Shown piece by piece: positions 1-12,167 of a stretch of 52,366 nucleotides of DNA. Position 1 is the stretch's first letter; every line of letters begins with the position of its first letter. The translations under genes were made by a program, and so were the position numbers. The stretch lies in assembly GCA_023231475.1 (NCBI GenBank), contig JALJEE010000706.1, forward strand, positions 1 through 52,366. The letters run 5' to 3'. The notes beneath the pieces were generated by a model. It did not search any database. It had not been told where the DNA came from and worked only from the letters and a program-made list of their open reading frames with translations. The DNA is from Seison nebaliae (taxonomy: Eukaryota).

Positions 1-130
1 CATAATTAATTAAAATTAAAATTTAACTATAACCGTATTTTTAATGAACATAATCCTTTTGAATGATCCAAAATTTTGGAGCAATTTAAATGTGAAATAA
101 GAAAATATCTACATGTATTTCCCATACGGA

Positions 131-205
131 GTCTACCAAATGGTCGGTCTACCAAATCTCCGTCTACCAAATAGTCCCGTCTACCAAATGGTTCGTCTAC
201 CAAAT
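131..205 (+). repeat. Five direct copies of GTCTACCAAAT with 4-6 nt spacers (period 15-17 nt); probable subterminal repeat array of a DNA transposon end
   Basis: Exact 11-mer at 131, 147, 162, 179 and 195. No inverted partner was found in the window. Confidence 0.8.
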
Positions 206-1289
206 GTCGTTTTCCACTAATAACGGTATTGACTTTAAAAAATGCCTTTTAATACAAGTTTTAAAAGTTTCTTCTCAATTTGCTCCATTTTCCTAAATTG
301 CTTCACACGACGGTACAACATATAATTCTTTGGACGAATAAAATATTTTATTATTATTTGACATGTCAAAAAGTTTCCTTTAAGGATAATTTGATGTTGA
401 GCCGTCTAAATATTGATGCATAATATGCAAGGAGAAACTTCATTTGCAGCATTAATGGATCCAATCCAAGTGATGGACAACCTTTCTTTCAACTAGTGGA
501 AAAGTTCTATTTATATATCACTTATGATTTAATGTAATGGAAATTAACAAACTACTATAAAACTTAATATAAAAACTTGTTACATTTATAGAATAAGTTA
601 TAGAATTATAAAATAATAAAGTGAATAAATCAAATCATCTTGAAAAAAAATTAAAAAAGATGGAAGATAATTCAACATTTTTTAAAAATAACAATATTAT
701 ATTTAAGTTTCCATCTAAAGAATGGATTGTGGTTGTCGAGAACAAAAAATTAGGATTAATTTATTTGATCCTTATTTGGATTTTAAGTCTTCGTAATAGT
801 CTAATAGTTAAAATAACTTCATATTTTGTCGATTTGAAATATATAATTTTATTCTAGTTTTATTGATTCTTATGTCTTTAAAATGACATTAATATAAAAT
901 GCATACGTAATAATAATTAACGTAACATTTGTTTCGACATTTCAAATTGTAGATCAAAATTCGGATCTAGTGATCTAGTTTAGTGAATGAAAATTATGAA
1001 ATATCGGAAATAAAGAGAAGGAGAAATTATATCGAGAACACGAAAATATGAGATATAGAAGAAAAATCAGTAAAAATGTGACCTAATGTGTATTAGACAT
1101 GGTTGCTATAATAAAGATTAAAGCATCACACAATATTTGTACTTGCAACATGTTTAATGAAAAATACAGATATTTATACTTTACGGATAATCTATAAATA
1201 TCTTATATAATGAGTTGGTAAGGAGATTTCAATAAAAGTTTCTAAAATTATAATTGATATCAACCACTTTTCGTTCCGCATTATAGTAA

Positions 1290-1480
1290 CAAAGAAAACC
1301 TCTTCTGCCAGTAGTTAAAATTTAAAATGGAAAATGATATATGAGAATGTAAGATATGTTATAGAAGGATGATAAATTGTACCGACAACCTATTAATTTC
1401 TTCGTTCTGCTTCTATGTCAAGGGGAAGAGATTAATTGAACATAAATGTGATGAAGCAATTCTAGTCCCAATATATTGAC
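1290..1480 (+). mobile_element. Possible decayed FLYWCH-like zinc-finger fragment (MULE relic)
   Basis: Manual translation I*ECKICYRRMINC...KRLIEHKC resembles W-x-C...C...H-x-H/C with the Trp codon changed to TGA. It contains stops. Confidence 0.25.
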
Positions 1481-2929
1481 AGAAAAATAGATGAAAAAGA
1501 TATCAAGTTCACATTGGAGAAAATGAAATACTCTTCAAAATCCCTCATTATAAAAAATAATAGAAGATGTTATTTACATGATTAAATGTTTGTTGATTGC
1601 TTCCTGTTTTGAGAATGTTATAATTGTAAATAAAATGTGTCGTCGAAGGAATATGGTCAAAGTAAGAGGATGCTCTAAAGATACAATTTCTAATTACAAT
1701 AAAATACCGAAAGAATTATAAGTAACAACATCAACCCCCACCATACTGAGATTACAACTGAAGAAATTTGGTCTTCTAAAAAAATTAATATTTTTTTCAT
1801 TTCATATTGCCAAAAGTATTCATCTTATTGGTTCCCAACGGAGTAAAAAAAATTATTTTAGATTTGTTTTTAATCTCTCCAATCTCGATTTTTGGTTGTA
1901 GTTGTCCAGTTTATATTTCCTTGTGAAAGTTCATTATTTTTCTATTTCAAAATTTCCTATACGACACACAAAAACAAAATAGTTTCATTATCTAACAATT
2001 TGGAAGATTATTTTATAAAGTTCTGGTTCCATCGATAACATCTGTCGATAACATGTAGATATATTTCTTAAATTTCTTTTCCGTTAAAAGGAGATGTATT
2101 AACGAAATGATCTTTTCATTCAAAAAATAACTTAAAATTAGTAACTTATCCCCATGGAAAAAGTTATGCGATGGAACTATAATATTTTCCTTATCCTAAT
2201 CGTCATATGAAGGTATAATCTAATTTAGACATCATTTCAGGACGAATTCATCACAAGAAGTAGAAATGTACGGTATTGTATGAAATTGGAAAATCTTCAG
2301 CGAACATGGATTATTATGGATCGGAATGTTCTACCATTGATTAGGAAGGGTTAGCGGGAAAATAATATGTTTTTCATTATTGCTGGATAATTAATCTCTA
2401 CGGAATCACATTTAATATTTAAAATATTTATAATATCTTAATTAGTCTTTTGAGCACACTAATAGCTGTTATATATAAGTTATAGTGTATACGTATAACA
2501 TAAAAGATTATGCAATCCAATTAACAATTTCTATCAAAAATTTCATCTTGTAAGATATATCGGTTGTTATATCCATATCACGATACCATTTAATATAATT
2601 TTAATCTGTGTAATGAAAGGTTTGGTAAAATTAAAAAGAAAAAAGCATGCAATATTTTTAAAGAACCAAAATTTGTCTTCGTATCGGCAATATTGTCGTT
2701 TTAATCTGAGCAATTAATCAGAAATAGAAGTAAAAATGGGATCGACCTCTGAATACGGTATTGGTCAAATGCTATCTCTAAAAATAGAGGAAGATTTACA
2801 GTTTTACATATTGTTCATTTGTAGAGAAGTAGATTCTAAGTAGATGATTAAATTATTTGAATCAGATAGATGAGAACAGATGAAAACTGGTTAAAGTAGA
2901 AGAAGTGAAAACAAGTTAACAAGTCGCGA

Positions 2930-3420
2930 CTAACCTGCATGATTCCATTCATTTCTCTTATTATCTCCAATCGTTGCCGTCCCACTCCAAGGGTGCTGTG
3001 TTCGTCGAATCATACCACAAGGAATTATACCTGCAAGCACTACTGTACGACAACAAGTAGTTCTTCTCAATGCTTCTATTACGTTTTTGAATACCGGTCT
3101 TTCCTCCCCAGAGCACTTACGTTGCGTTGCCCAATGTTCATCTACCACTATTTGTCATTGTCTCCAATTTTCCTGTCCCACAATTTCTAACTTCTCATCC
3201 ATTTTTCATCTTAAGAGTTGAGTATCTCATTGTTGGCAAATCGTTCGCAAAAATCATTCCTCAGTCCATCGTGAATCTCATCTAAAATCACGGAAAGCTT
3301 TTTGTAGAGCCGTGAGAAAATGCGTCAGGGATCATTTTTATGGCAGATTCTACGATCCATGTCTTTCTTCTCATCCTACGAATATTTTCGAATAACTAAT
3401 CGTTTCTCCAATTCACCGAC
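2930..3420 (-). mobile_element. Degenerate non-LTR retrotransposon ORF1 fragment with an SGNH-esterase-like domain (CR1/L2-type)
   Basis: Frameshifted pieces IVV/MNIG..NV, FKNVIEALRR..RTVVLAGIIP and RLEIIREMNGIM resemble the esterase pattern 'vvihvGtNd...vvisgilPr...i..mN..l'. Many stops. Confidence 0.4.
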
Positions 3421-4360
3421 ATGCTCTATTTCTGTCGACTCCTTTGCGGAATACTTCGGCTCATATATGTTCGGCAACTCTATTGTACTTTTTCGAGGGA
3501 CATATCGATATACAGTCATTTTCCTCATCGGCTCTCAATCGTTTTTGAAACAAATTCCGCACGATTTATTTCTCGTTTTCTCCCAAAAAAAAATAAATTC
3601 GTTCCGTTGAAGATTCGTCTTTCATTTTTCAGGAGTCTAGTGCTACCACTGTACTCCCTGGAAATAATTTTTTATTTATTGGAAAATTATTATCGTCGGC
3701 TCATTATGAGAATGATGAGCTGCTTTCATAGATGTAACCGTTCACTTCTATTCGCTACAGTGAATTTCTTACCACTTCCCATTCTTATGTGCCGTCGTAT
3801 TTTTTCACTTATCGATAAATTTAATAATTCCGATCTACTCGTCTGTCATCCTTCCGTAATTTACCCTTTTCACACCCATTCCGTTTTCATATACATTATC
3901 GGATATTATGGGTTATCTCGAGACATTTCTCTTACCAATTTCAAGTATTTTATTTCCACATATGATTTAACTTCCTCACTTCAATCGGTCGTGATTCCCT
4001 GGATCAATTACGATTTTTTATTGATACCGAGGAACACAATAATTCCTTACCACAATTATTTTTAGAATCGGAATTAAAAAATTTGAATGAACTATAATTT
4101 CTGGTGAGAAAATTCTCATTTATCTAGAGAATCTCAATTGAACTAGAGAAAAAACTTTTCTAATTTTGTACGAGTGATATATTGTCTTTGTGAACTTTCG
4201 GTGACATTTCTCCTCCATTCACTAGTAATTTATATGTATAGTTTCCATACATTGTTGAGATTATTTCGATATATAATAAAAATGTTGGTCGGTGGTAGTA
4301 AAAACGACGGAATAATTATTTAATTCAAATATTTCTTATTCGTTTTTCCATCTTTCACTG

Positions 4361-4843
4361 ATGGGTAATCGGAATAGTCGAGTAGTGTGCAAAGAAGTAG
4401 TTCAGCAACCGACAGCAACCGATTCTAATGAAGTTATACGAGAAGAGAAAGTAAATAATGGGGACGTCAAAACGGAATATTCAAATGAAGATGATGATAA
4501 ATTAAAATTTGAGCATGATAATGAAGGTATATTATTAAGGAAATCATCGGAGAAGAAGAAGAAAATCAAGAAAACTTTGAAGAATACGAGAAAGTCTCCT
4601 GTATATCGATTGGTCACTACTACGACAGGCTTATCTCGAATGTTTCCAATTCCCAACTATGGAAATGGTGAGGAGTGTGAGAAATCGAGGAAGAAGAAGA
4701 AAAAAGTGATGAGAAGAAATAAGAAAAATAGTTTGGCAACAAATTTTCGTTCAAAATATTTTGAGAATAAGCAATCGATCGATTATTCTTATTCATATCA
4801 TTCGAACGAAGCCGACCCCAGTCGTGTCTCATGCGCATTATAG
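4361..4843 (+). CDS. Hypothetical 160-aa hydrophilic, Lys-rich protein with a possible N-myristoylation motif
   Basis: Open ATG-to-stop ORF in AT-rich DNA. N-terminus MGNRNS fits MGxxxS; basic clusters. No recognisable domain. Confidence 0.5.
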   Translation: MGNRNSRVVCKEVVQQPTATDSNEVIREEKVNNGDVKTEYSNEDDDKLKFEHDNEGILLRKSSEKKKKIKKTLKNTRKSPVYRLVTTTTGLSRMFPIPNYGNGEECEKSRKKKKKVMRRNKKNSLATNFRSKYFENKQSIDYSYSYHSNEADPSRVSCAL

Positions 4844-5424
4844 CAGACAATTAGTAAGTTCGAAATCTTTTTTATTTAATAAAATACCAGTTTACATGAT
4901 CGCCATTAATCATTCCAATAGGTAATTTCGGTTCTTCCGAATTTTTAATTTTCTGCAAAAAAATTTATAGCCTCAACAATTGCTCGAATGAAAAGGAAAC
5001 TTTATAAATTGCTTTTTTTTCTTCTGTGGCCTTGGCCAGTACCCCCACAACAGAACATTCGTCCAATGCCGATAAAGTGAAAGTAATTCGTTGTGGTGGA
5101 GGTTTCGGCGAATTCTCCACGTAGCCGAACCAATTTGCTAGCTAATTAATGAATATTTTTTAAATAAACTCAAACGCCAAGTAAAATTAACTGAAGAAAT
5201 TTTATGATTTGGAAAAATACTACAGGTATGTCCGTCAGGTCCATAACCAAGAAATGCCACATCCAAACTATAAAGACAAATGAGGAAAGTTTAGAAGTTT
5301 TAGAAATCTCCAAATATTTAACGTCGGCTTATCAGTTTTCAAGTTTTCACAAAGTCTAGTCCGAAAATTTTTTTCGGCGGCTTGAACATCTTATCGATTG
5401 ATAGTAGAAAAATAAAATGAACTG

Positions 5425-5640
5425 GAGGAGAAGAACTTGTAATAGAAGGATCGATATGGATTAATTGTTCATGAAAAAATATATGTTGTTTTGATATCAA
5501 TTGATCATAATATGGCTGGTAATTAAAAAAAGATTTATCTGTACTTATTCGTTCGTCACAAGTTGTTATGAAACAATTCTTTGGAAGAATGTCTCGACAA
5601 TGGGAAAGTATATCACATGTCGATTGGACTATACTCCCAC
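5425..5640 (+). mobile_element. Degenerate PIF/Harbinger-like (DDE_Tnp_4) transposase fragment
   Basis: Frameshifted LVIEG./RYGL followed by IRSSQVVMKQFFGRMSRQWESI resembles 'gD.gY.l...s..R..vE..FG.lk.rw'. Confidence 0.35.
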
Positions 5641-6297
5641 CTAATTAATCGGATATAATACTAAATTGTTCGATTGAAAAACTAACCTGAAACTCCGATA
5701 AGGAAATAAGATTTCTTTAATTTTCTATTCAATTCTACAGCAATTTCTATCATTCCTTTACATTTCGTCAATAACTCTTCATTAGACACATCCATTTCTC
5801 CCAATTTTTGTTGACTGACAATTTTTGTGAGAACGAGAAGGAGAAAAGGAATTTTCTACTTTGATTAATCGACTTAACTTTTAAACGACTCCTATTATAA
5901 CATTTATTCCTTTAATTATTGTTATCAGAACAATCGATTATTGATCCTTTTAGAAAGTGTTTATGTCACAATATTTTTTAGGTAGGAAACTATTTTCAGG
6001 AAACTACAAAAGGAATTTACAATAAATTTACAATTATTTACTTATTATTAGTACCATAATTATGTTTTATTCGTTTCAAGAAATTTATTATGAAACAATA
6101 AAAATGTTTCTTCAAAAATAACCTTTTGTGTTCAGTCATTAATATTATAACCAAAATAACAATAAATGAAAACAAAACTAGAAATTAGAGAAATGACTCA
6201 TTCTCATGTCAATGATATAATGGTGAAAAGAACAAGAACTCTTTCAACTTGAACTTCAATTAGAGAATGATTTAAGAGATTATTCTCAGATTGGAAT

Positions 6298-8586
6298 CTA
6301 GTCCATTTCGCTAAGTTTTGCCATTAAACTGAAAATTCCGTTTGCCGATTGTGTATATTTCATAGTTTGATAGATAATAATAAGAGATTTAAGTTCCGAT
6401 TGTGATGTATCATTCCGTATACTTAGTACATTCTTTAATTGTCCAATTTGTATGTCCTGGTAATCATTGATGAACGGTTCCAAATAGAATCTAATTTTAC
6501 TTTTGCTACATTCCAAAATTTGGGCAACATATCCAATTGCATTCAATGGATAAAATTCCTGTTGAATATTCAAAGAACTGCTGATATAATTGAACAAGGC
6601 GTACAATTCATCCATTTCTAGAATTAACCGTTCGGCAATTAATTTTCTGGATTTGTGACAATATGGTTTGTAGTGACAATGACAGAAATTGTAGAGATAA
6701 CGTATCACAATATGCTTCTTCCAAATATCAATCAAATCGATCTTAATCTTCGAATGTAATTTTTCGAAATCTTCGAAATTCTTTTCCGTTTCTTGCACAA
6801 TCTTCCAAATAGGCGACTGGAAATCATTAGTAATGTTAACGATATTCTTATGAGTTAACTTCGAAGTTTCATTCAACCATTGTTTCGAACCGATTGATTC
6901 GAACGTTTTCGTCAGATTTTTCGCTATTTCATTTATCAGATAATCTAAAAGATTCAAATAAAGTTTCTGTGATTGATTGAGAATTCGTTCATAATATTCA
7001 TTTAATTGAGATATTGTCATTTTACCTCGAAAATTGTTGATTGTAGATAAAATATATTTTTCAAAAATAATAATTATATTCGCTCTCAAATAACGATTAT
7101 TATTCGTCAACATTACTAATTGATAAGAATAATTTCTATTTTCATTCTTCTTAATGATTTTTTTATGATACTGATAAACGGCATGTGTCAGTTTCTGTAA
7201 GAATTCTTTGAGAACTTCTAATATTATGAGGAAGATATCATAGAATTGAGTTGTTGAAACGGATTGACATAAATTGATATTGTACTGAATCAATTGGAGA
7301 ATGACCACTGAGAAAGTGACATTGAAATTTGTGAAATTCTGATTAACTTTCTTCCATTCATCAATTTCGTGAACAAGTAAATTTTTCAATCGATCTTCCA
7401 ATTTCTCCTTTAAATTCTCTTTGAATTTTTTATAAATTTCAATTTGTGTTTCTTCTGATAAGATCAGTTGTAATGAGTGGATAAAATCATTGGAATAAAA
7501 TTTATGAAGTTGTTGGAACGTTTCCAGTTGTTTATAGACGTTGTCTTTACATCTTAAAAGAAGAATATCTTCATTGGATGGAAGTTTCTGATGGAAATCT
7601 TCGAAATATTCGTGAAGTGATTTGAAGAAATGGGTAAGCCAAACTTCAGCAATATTGTACGACGGAGGGAAACAATATGACAAATGGAAATTGACCATGC
7701 GAAAATCTTTGACGAATTGAAGATGTAGATTATCGAAAACAAGTGAACTATTCATCCGTCCACTTGACGTATATTTCCAAATGATATCGTCTATTCGTTT
7801 TTCGATGACCGATTTGAAGATTAAGTTGTAGTTCTTTCGGAAATGTTTCGGTCGTTGAATTTCGGCGATTTGTTTGCCCTTTAATTTCTTCTCCCAATAT
7901 TCATCCATAATCTCTTCCCTTTCAATGATACGGAGAATTGTAACGATGAGTTCTGGTTTCGATTTGGCTATCAGGAAAATCTTTTGGAAATGATATTTCA
8001 TCTTGTCATGTAACTCCTGAACTTGTTGGTGATATTTAACAAAGAAAATTTGAATTTCTACGATTTTTCGTGAATTATTCGTTGACGATGTTCCATGTAA
8101 TCGCCAAAAGAGTGTGTTCTGAATATTTTCTAGACAACATAAATGTTTGTGAGACACCAGAAAATTTCCATTGATTAATTGTTCTTCGATCTCTTTAAAG
8201 AAGTTTTGGTATGATAACAAATAATGATAGATTTGATAATTAATTCGTTCTCCTAAATAATTATTGAGTTCCGTATTGAGACCAGATAATTGTGCGATCG
8301 GTTCTTTGTTCAATTGAATTTTATTACAAATGAAATTGTTGACATTTCCCACTTTGTCTAATTCTTTTTTGCACTTATCTAAAATTGTTCTACTTTTACT
8401 GATATTGTTCAACGTTTGTTGAACAGAATCTTTCAGAGATTGATCGTACGATTCTTTTCGATATTTATACTTTTCATAAATTATATTGAACTCGTTCTCA
8501 TTCAATGATTTACTGAAAATGGAACATAGTTCAATCTTGGCATTCTGACAAGCATAATCTATACGTTTCAAAGATCTGTCGTACAT
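6298..8586 (-). CDS. EXOC3: Exocyst complex component 3 (Sec6) family protein, divergent; ORF uninterrupted
   Basis: 762-aa helical ORF with Sec6 signatures LVSHKHLCCLE, PELIVTILRIIEREE..DEYW, CFPPSYNI and the C-terminal DYQDI...L.IRND...GIFS. Confidence 0.85.
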   Translation of the reverse strand: MYDRSLKRIDYACQNAKIELCSIFSKSLNENEFNIIYEKYKYRKESYDQSLKDSVQQTLNNISKSRTILDKCKKELDKVGNVNNFICNKIQLNKEPIAQLSGLNTELNNYLGERINYQIYHYLLSYQNFFKEIEEQLINGNFLVSHKHLCCLENIQNTLFWRLHGTSSTNNSRKIVEIQIFFVKYHQQVQELHDKMKYHFQKIFLIAKSKPELIVTILRIIEREEIMDEYWEKKLKGKQIAEIQRPKHFRKNYNLIFKSVIEKRIDDIIWKYTSSGRMNSSLVFDNLHLQFVKDFRMVNFHLSYCFPPSYNIAEVWLTHFFKSLHEYFEDFHQKLPSNEDILLLRCKDNVYKQLETFQQLHKFYSNDFIHSLQLILSEETQIEIYKKFKENLKEKLEDRLKNLLVHEIDEWKKVNQNFTNFNVTFSVVILQLIQYNINLCQSVSTTQFYDIFLIILEVLKEFLQKLTHAVYQYHKKIIKKNENRNYSYQLVMLTNNNRYLRANIIIIFEKYILSTINNFRGKMTISQLNEYYERILNQSQKLYLNLLDYLINEIAKNLTKTFESIGSKQWLNETSKLTHKNIVNITNDFQSPIWKIVQETEKNFEDFEKLHSKIKIDLIDIWKKHIVIRYLYNFCHCHYKPYCHKSRKLIAERLILEMDELYALFNYISSSLNIQQEFYPLNAIGYVAQILECSKSKIRFYLEPFINDYQDIQIGQLKNVLSIRNDTSQSELKSLIIIYQTMKYTQSANGIFSLMAKLSEMD

Positions 8587-8827
8587 TCTTTTTATTTTAT
8601 GAATCTCTTCTAATTTAGAATTCTCAACAGAACTACAAACATTTTAAAGAAAAAAAATTTAATAAAATAATAATTCATTTACACGTCATGAAAATCTATA
8701 AGAGATGCTCCTGTTTACACGTCATCTTTAAATTGACAAATCAAAATTGACTCACATGAAAGTCAGATATAAATGTTTTTAGCAATTATTTTTCATTTTA
8801 CTTAACGTTAATTTAGATTTCGAACAA

Positions 8828-10176
8828 TTATTGAGAATTATTTTTTGGCAACGAAGGCTTTTGAGATTTTTTTGTAGATTTTGCACAGTTTTTGGCTGTT
8901 TTTCTGCCAGTAATTTTTTTTTTTCGGAAAAGACATAATTGAAGAAAGAAGATCGATGCCATCACAGTCGTGAAAGAAAAAAATATGAAGATGAATAACA
9001 GATACGGTTTAAATTTGTTATGATGTAGCCACGGACGTCCCTTGAAATTTATGGAAGAAATTTTAAATTTATTATTTTGTTGGACTAACCTCAAAACCGG
9101 AATAAATCTTGCGGGACTTGCTAAATAATCCGAATAAAACGAAATTAGAGATATGAAATACAAACATTGATTTTTCTTTCAAGTTAAATGGTTCAGCAAA
9201 AGTTTCATTATCTATTTTTTCTTCAGTTTCTTCCAGTTCAGCTATCGCTGCGTCATGTGAAATCCTCGAACGTTTTGATATATCTTTCCTAATATATTTA
9301 ATTTAATTTAAATTTTTCTGAATGAGAAATTTTCTCAAGAATTAAATTAACCAAATAGGAAATTCCTTTTTCAAAATTATATTGCCCCATGCATCCATCG
9401 AATTCAGACCATAATCAGATGGTATTAATTTATCACGGTTTGGATTTTGAAAAATTATCTCACTAATGTTAACTATTTCCGTAGGCAAGTTCTTCACGTA
9501 TCTAAATGATCTTTTGTATTGAAAGTAGTAAGAGATTATTCAGAAATAACATGTGATATTCATTCTCGATCATTTTTATCTTGAGGAAAGCCTAAGGACG
9601 AGAATTGTTGTATATGGTCGTTTAAAAAAAATTAAAGAAACTAAACGTCCCATACTTTGGATAGGTTCATTACTACGTCTTCAATGTAACGATAAACAAT
9701 AACAACCGTTCTAAAAATCTTAAATTGTTCTATCTAATGATTTTTATTATGAACTTTTTGTGAAGGTCGATATGAAATTTCTCTGTCAAATCTTTATTTT
9801 TAGCATAACTTCTTACCATATGACCAAGTAGGGGAGAAGTCATTTCTCCTAGGACATAATTGTAGAACTGAATGATCACATGTGTAAGAGTTGAAAGATT
9901 TGTTAGGAAGAATAACTTGAAAAAAGAGACATTCGTTTGTTTTGACCAAAAACTAAAAAATTATTTCCAATTATAACATTTAGTAAAAAGAACATCTTCT
10001 TCGCAATTATCGTACATATGGACATGCATAACAAGTCTCAAAGGATCTTCTTCGAAACATCGATAAATGAAACATTGTTCTTCTATGACGAATGTGTAGT
10101 TTTTAAGAAAATTAGAAGTTACCAAATTGAAATCTAAAAAAAAATGAATCAAAAGAAAGAATTTTAAATTAAACAT
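8828..10176 (-). CDS. Orphan type-I membrane protein (signal peptide, Cys-containing ectodomain, one TM, basic tail), about 9 exons
   Basis: Manual splicing across about 8 short GT-AG introns joins the signal-peptide ORF (10176) to the TM/tail ORF (ends 8828) in one continuous frame: ...CEED/FLVKTNEC...WSY/EKFHIDLHK/KTVVIVY...WD/AFLKIK..H/IYVKNLPTE...I/WKDISK...S/IKSRKIYSGFE/GRPWLH..TM.. Confidence 0.65.
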
Positions 10177-10576
10177 CTCTCTCTATCCAATGATTCCTAC
10201 TAACACGATAATATATCTGTGTTTTCTCTTAAGATTTAATCATCTCCTAAAACATCAAATTTCCAATTATTTTATTTTAATAAATTATTTGTAACCATTC
10301 CCAATAAAGAATCAAGAACAAGAAAAGTTTTCAATTAAAATCAAGAAAATGACGTCTTATGTTGGTAGAAAGTGAAACGTGTTACATAAAAGAGAGGTTA
10401 GTAAGAAATTATATTATAAAAAAATGTTAAATTTTAAGATTATTGAATTCTTTTCTTTTTTGGGAGGTTAAAATTTCGAGTCTTTAGAATCAGAACAACG
10501 GAATCGGAATATCCGGTCCCGAACAGAATATCGGTACATTATATATATAAGAGATAGAAATTGAATTAAATTCTTT

Positions 10577-11395
10577 TCAATTTGCAAAAAGTACAATTTT
10601 CAATTGATCAAACTTTATGTGAATTGTTTTTCCCAACATCAAAATATATTTATCATATCGTTTGAATAATGGACGATTTGAGAACCAGAAACCAAACCCT
10701 TTCGATATAGATCTGCTAAATTTGGAAGATAATTGACGATTTGCCCAAGTAAGACCAGTCCAATTCCACAACGCTTCTCCTTGTTTGCTAATAGGTGTCG
10801 TTTTTAATTTATACTTATCAGCACAACTAACATCAGTGTGAAGCTTAAAATAAAGTTCCCCAATTGTTTTATCTTCTTTTTGTAGCATGAGACCCATTCG
10901 TAACTCCTTATATTTGAAAAGTAAACTCCCTAAATATTTGAGACCAATGAAGAAGTCCTTCGAACCTTTTCGAAAACCTTTTCGATAACTATTTAACGAT
11001 ACGTTCATTCGAGTAGAATACCAAGCAAATACTTCGCCTTCCTCTAAATTAATAGAATCCAATTGTTCTGGTCGTGATCGAAGTAAGAATGGATATTCTT
11101 GCATCATACACTCTTTCATATATATGATTACTGAATTATTTCGAATATTAAAAAAATTGTTCAAATCATTTTCGTACGATGTCGAATAAAGCAAATAAGA
11201 ACTAGTTCTGTTTGAAATTACCTGATAACCAACACATGTCGAATTTTGTGCGCACTTTGAACTTACTTGGGCTAGATATCGTGAATAGCAATTCCTGTTC
11301 TCCACGTTAGAATAATGAAAATCGAAGACTGTTTTCGTTGTTATATAAGACAAATTGACAAATAATAACTGAAGTATGATCCAATAGTGAAACAT
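10577..11395 (-). CDS. Secreted protein with a PAN/apple-like Cys module and a degenerate fibrinogen-related (FReD) domain
   Basis: Hydrophobic N-terminus from the ATG at 11395. C..(S)xxxCxxxxxCVGY pattern, then SYRKGF...DFFIGLKYL...LRMGL...YKL...GFWF, resembling FReD 'Y..GFG....fwlGL..l...Lri.l...YkL...GgwW'. Confidence 0.55.
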   Translation of the reverse strand: MFHYWIILQLLFVNLSYITTKTVFDFHYSNVENRNCYSRYLAQVSSKCAQNSTCVGYQVISNRTSSYLLYSTSYENDLNNFFNIRNNSVIIYMKECMMQEYPFLLRSRPEQLDSINLEEGEVFAWYSTRMNVSLNSYRKGFRKGSKDFFIGLKYLGSLLFKYKELRMGLMLQKEDKTIGELYFKLHTDVSCADKYKLKTTPISKQGEALWNWTGLTWANRQLSSKFSRSISKGFGFWFSNRPLFKRYDKYILMLGKTIHIKFDQLKIVLFAN

Positions 11396-11753
11396 TTTGC
11401 AAGAAAAAAACTTATTGAACTTCAATTTTTATTTAAATTTTTCATTTACGTTTTTTGAAGTATAACAATGTCTGAAAAAGTTAATTAGATTTAATGGTGT
11501 TGTTTTTCCGTTGGACACTTATCAAAGTTTTATATTCGACGTGTTAAGGCACTTAAGTGCTCCATTTATCCATCTGTATTATTACTAATCGATTACCAAA
11601 AGACATTTTTTTAATTTGTTCTTGAAGTTGTTCTTGTTCTTAACAAAAGATTTAATGACTAAAACAAATCGATAATCAAATAACTCTACGTCCTACGCCT
11701 ATATTAATTCAATCTACTAATATAATAATATATGAAAAATTTAAAACAGTATG

Positions 11754-12167
11754 CCGATTCGCGGACAATTCTCAACCTTTCCATTTTACTATCAATAAAG
11801 GACAGTTCTCAACCCAATTTTATTTATTTTGTTAAATTCTCAACCCTAACACAATTCACTATTCATTATAAATGTCGTCAATTTCAGAAAGGACAGAGAA
11901 AATATTGTTATCAATCAGGTATTGTATATCAGAAGGGCGAATCAATGCAAAAATATACCTTACAATTGTCAATTTTTTTTTCTGGGTTACTGACGGATAT
12001 ACAGCCTTTTTATAAGATTCTATAAATATAGAATAAGACAGTTCAATTTTTTTGTCGCACAGTGTTATTATTGTCCTAATTACTAATAGTCGTTATATTA
12101 CTAAATATTGTTCCATAAATAACTGTTTCCAATATACATTTAGGGTTGAGAACTGTCCCGATACCGG
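11754..12167. mobile_element. MITE-like element with imperfect terminal inverted repeats
   Basis: GGACARTTCTCAACC at 11763 and 11800, a partial copy at 11835, and an inverted copy in 12144-12167. The termini match at 18/24 nt. No clear TSD. Confidence 0.45.

Noticed and set aside
131..205. CRISPR-like repeat/spacer appearance
   Set aside because: Repeats are 11 nt and spacers 4-6 nt, there are no cas genes, and the context is eukaryotic.
3320..4065. Plus-strand ORFs of 96 and 214 aa
   Set aside because: Composition looks like antisense shadows of the decayed minus-strand retroelement ORF1.
4820..4843. Possible CaaX prenylation motif at the end of the 160-aa ORF
   Set aside because: The protein ends SCAL*, so the Cys is third, not fourth, from the end.
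8633..8725. Possible extra 5' micro-exon for EXOC3 and a duplicated ATGACGTGTAAA
   Set aside because: It needs a weak GTGTAA donor, and the ATG at 8586 already covers the expected Sec6 N-terminus. Cannot be supported without RNA data.
9476..9500. Peptide YVKNLPT shared with the ORF at 39674
   Set aside because: A seven-residue coincidence with no flanking similarity.
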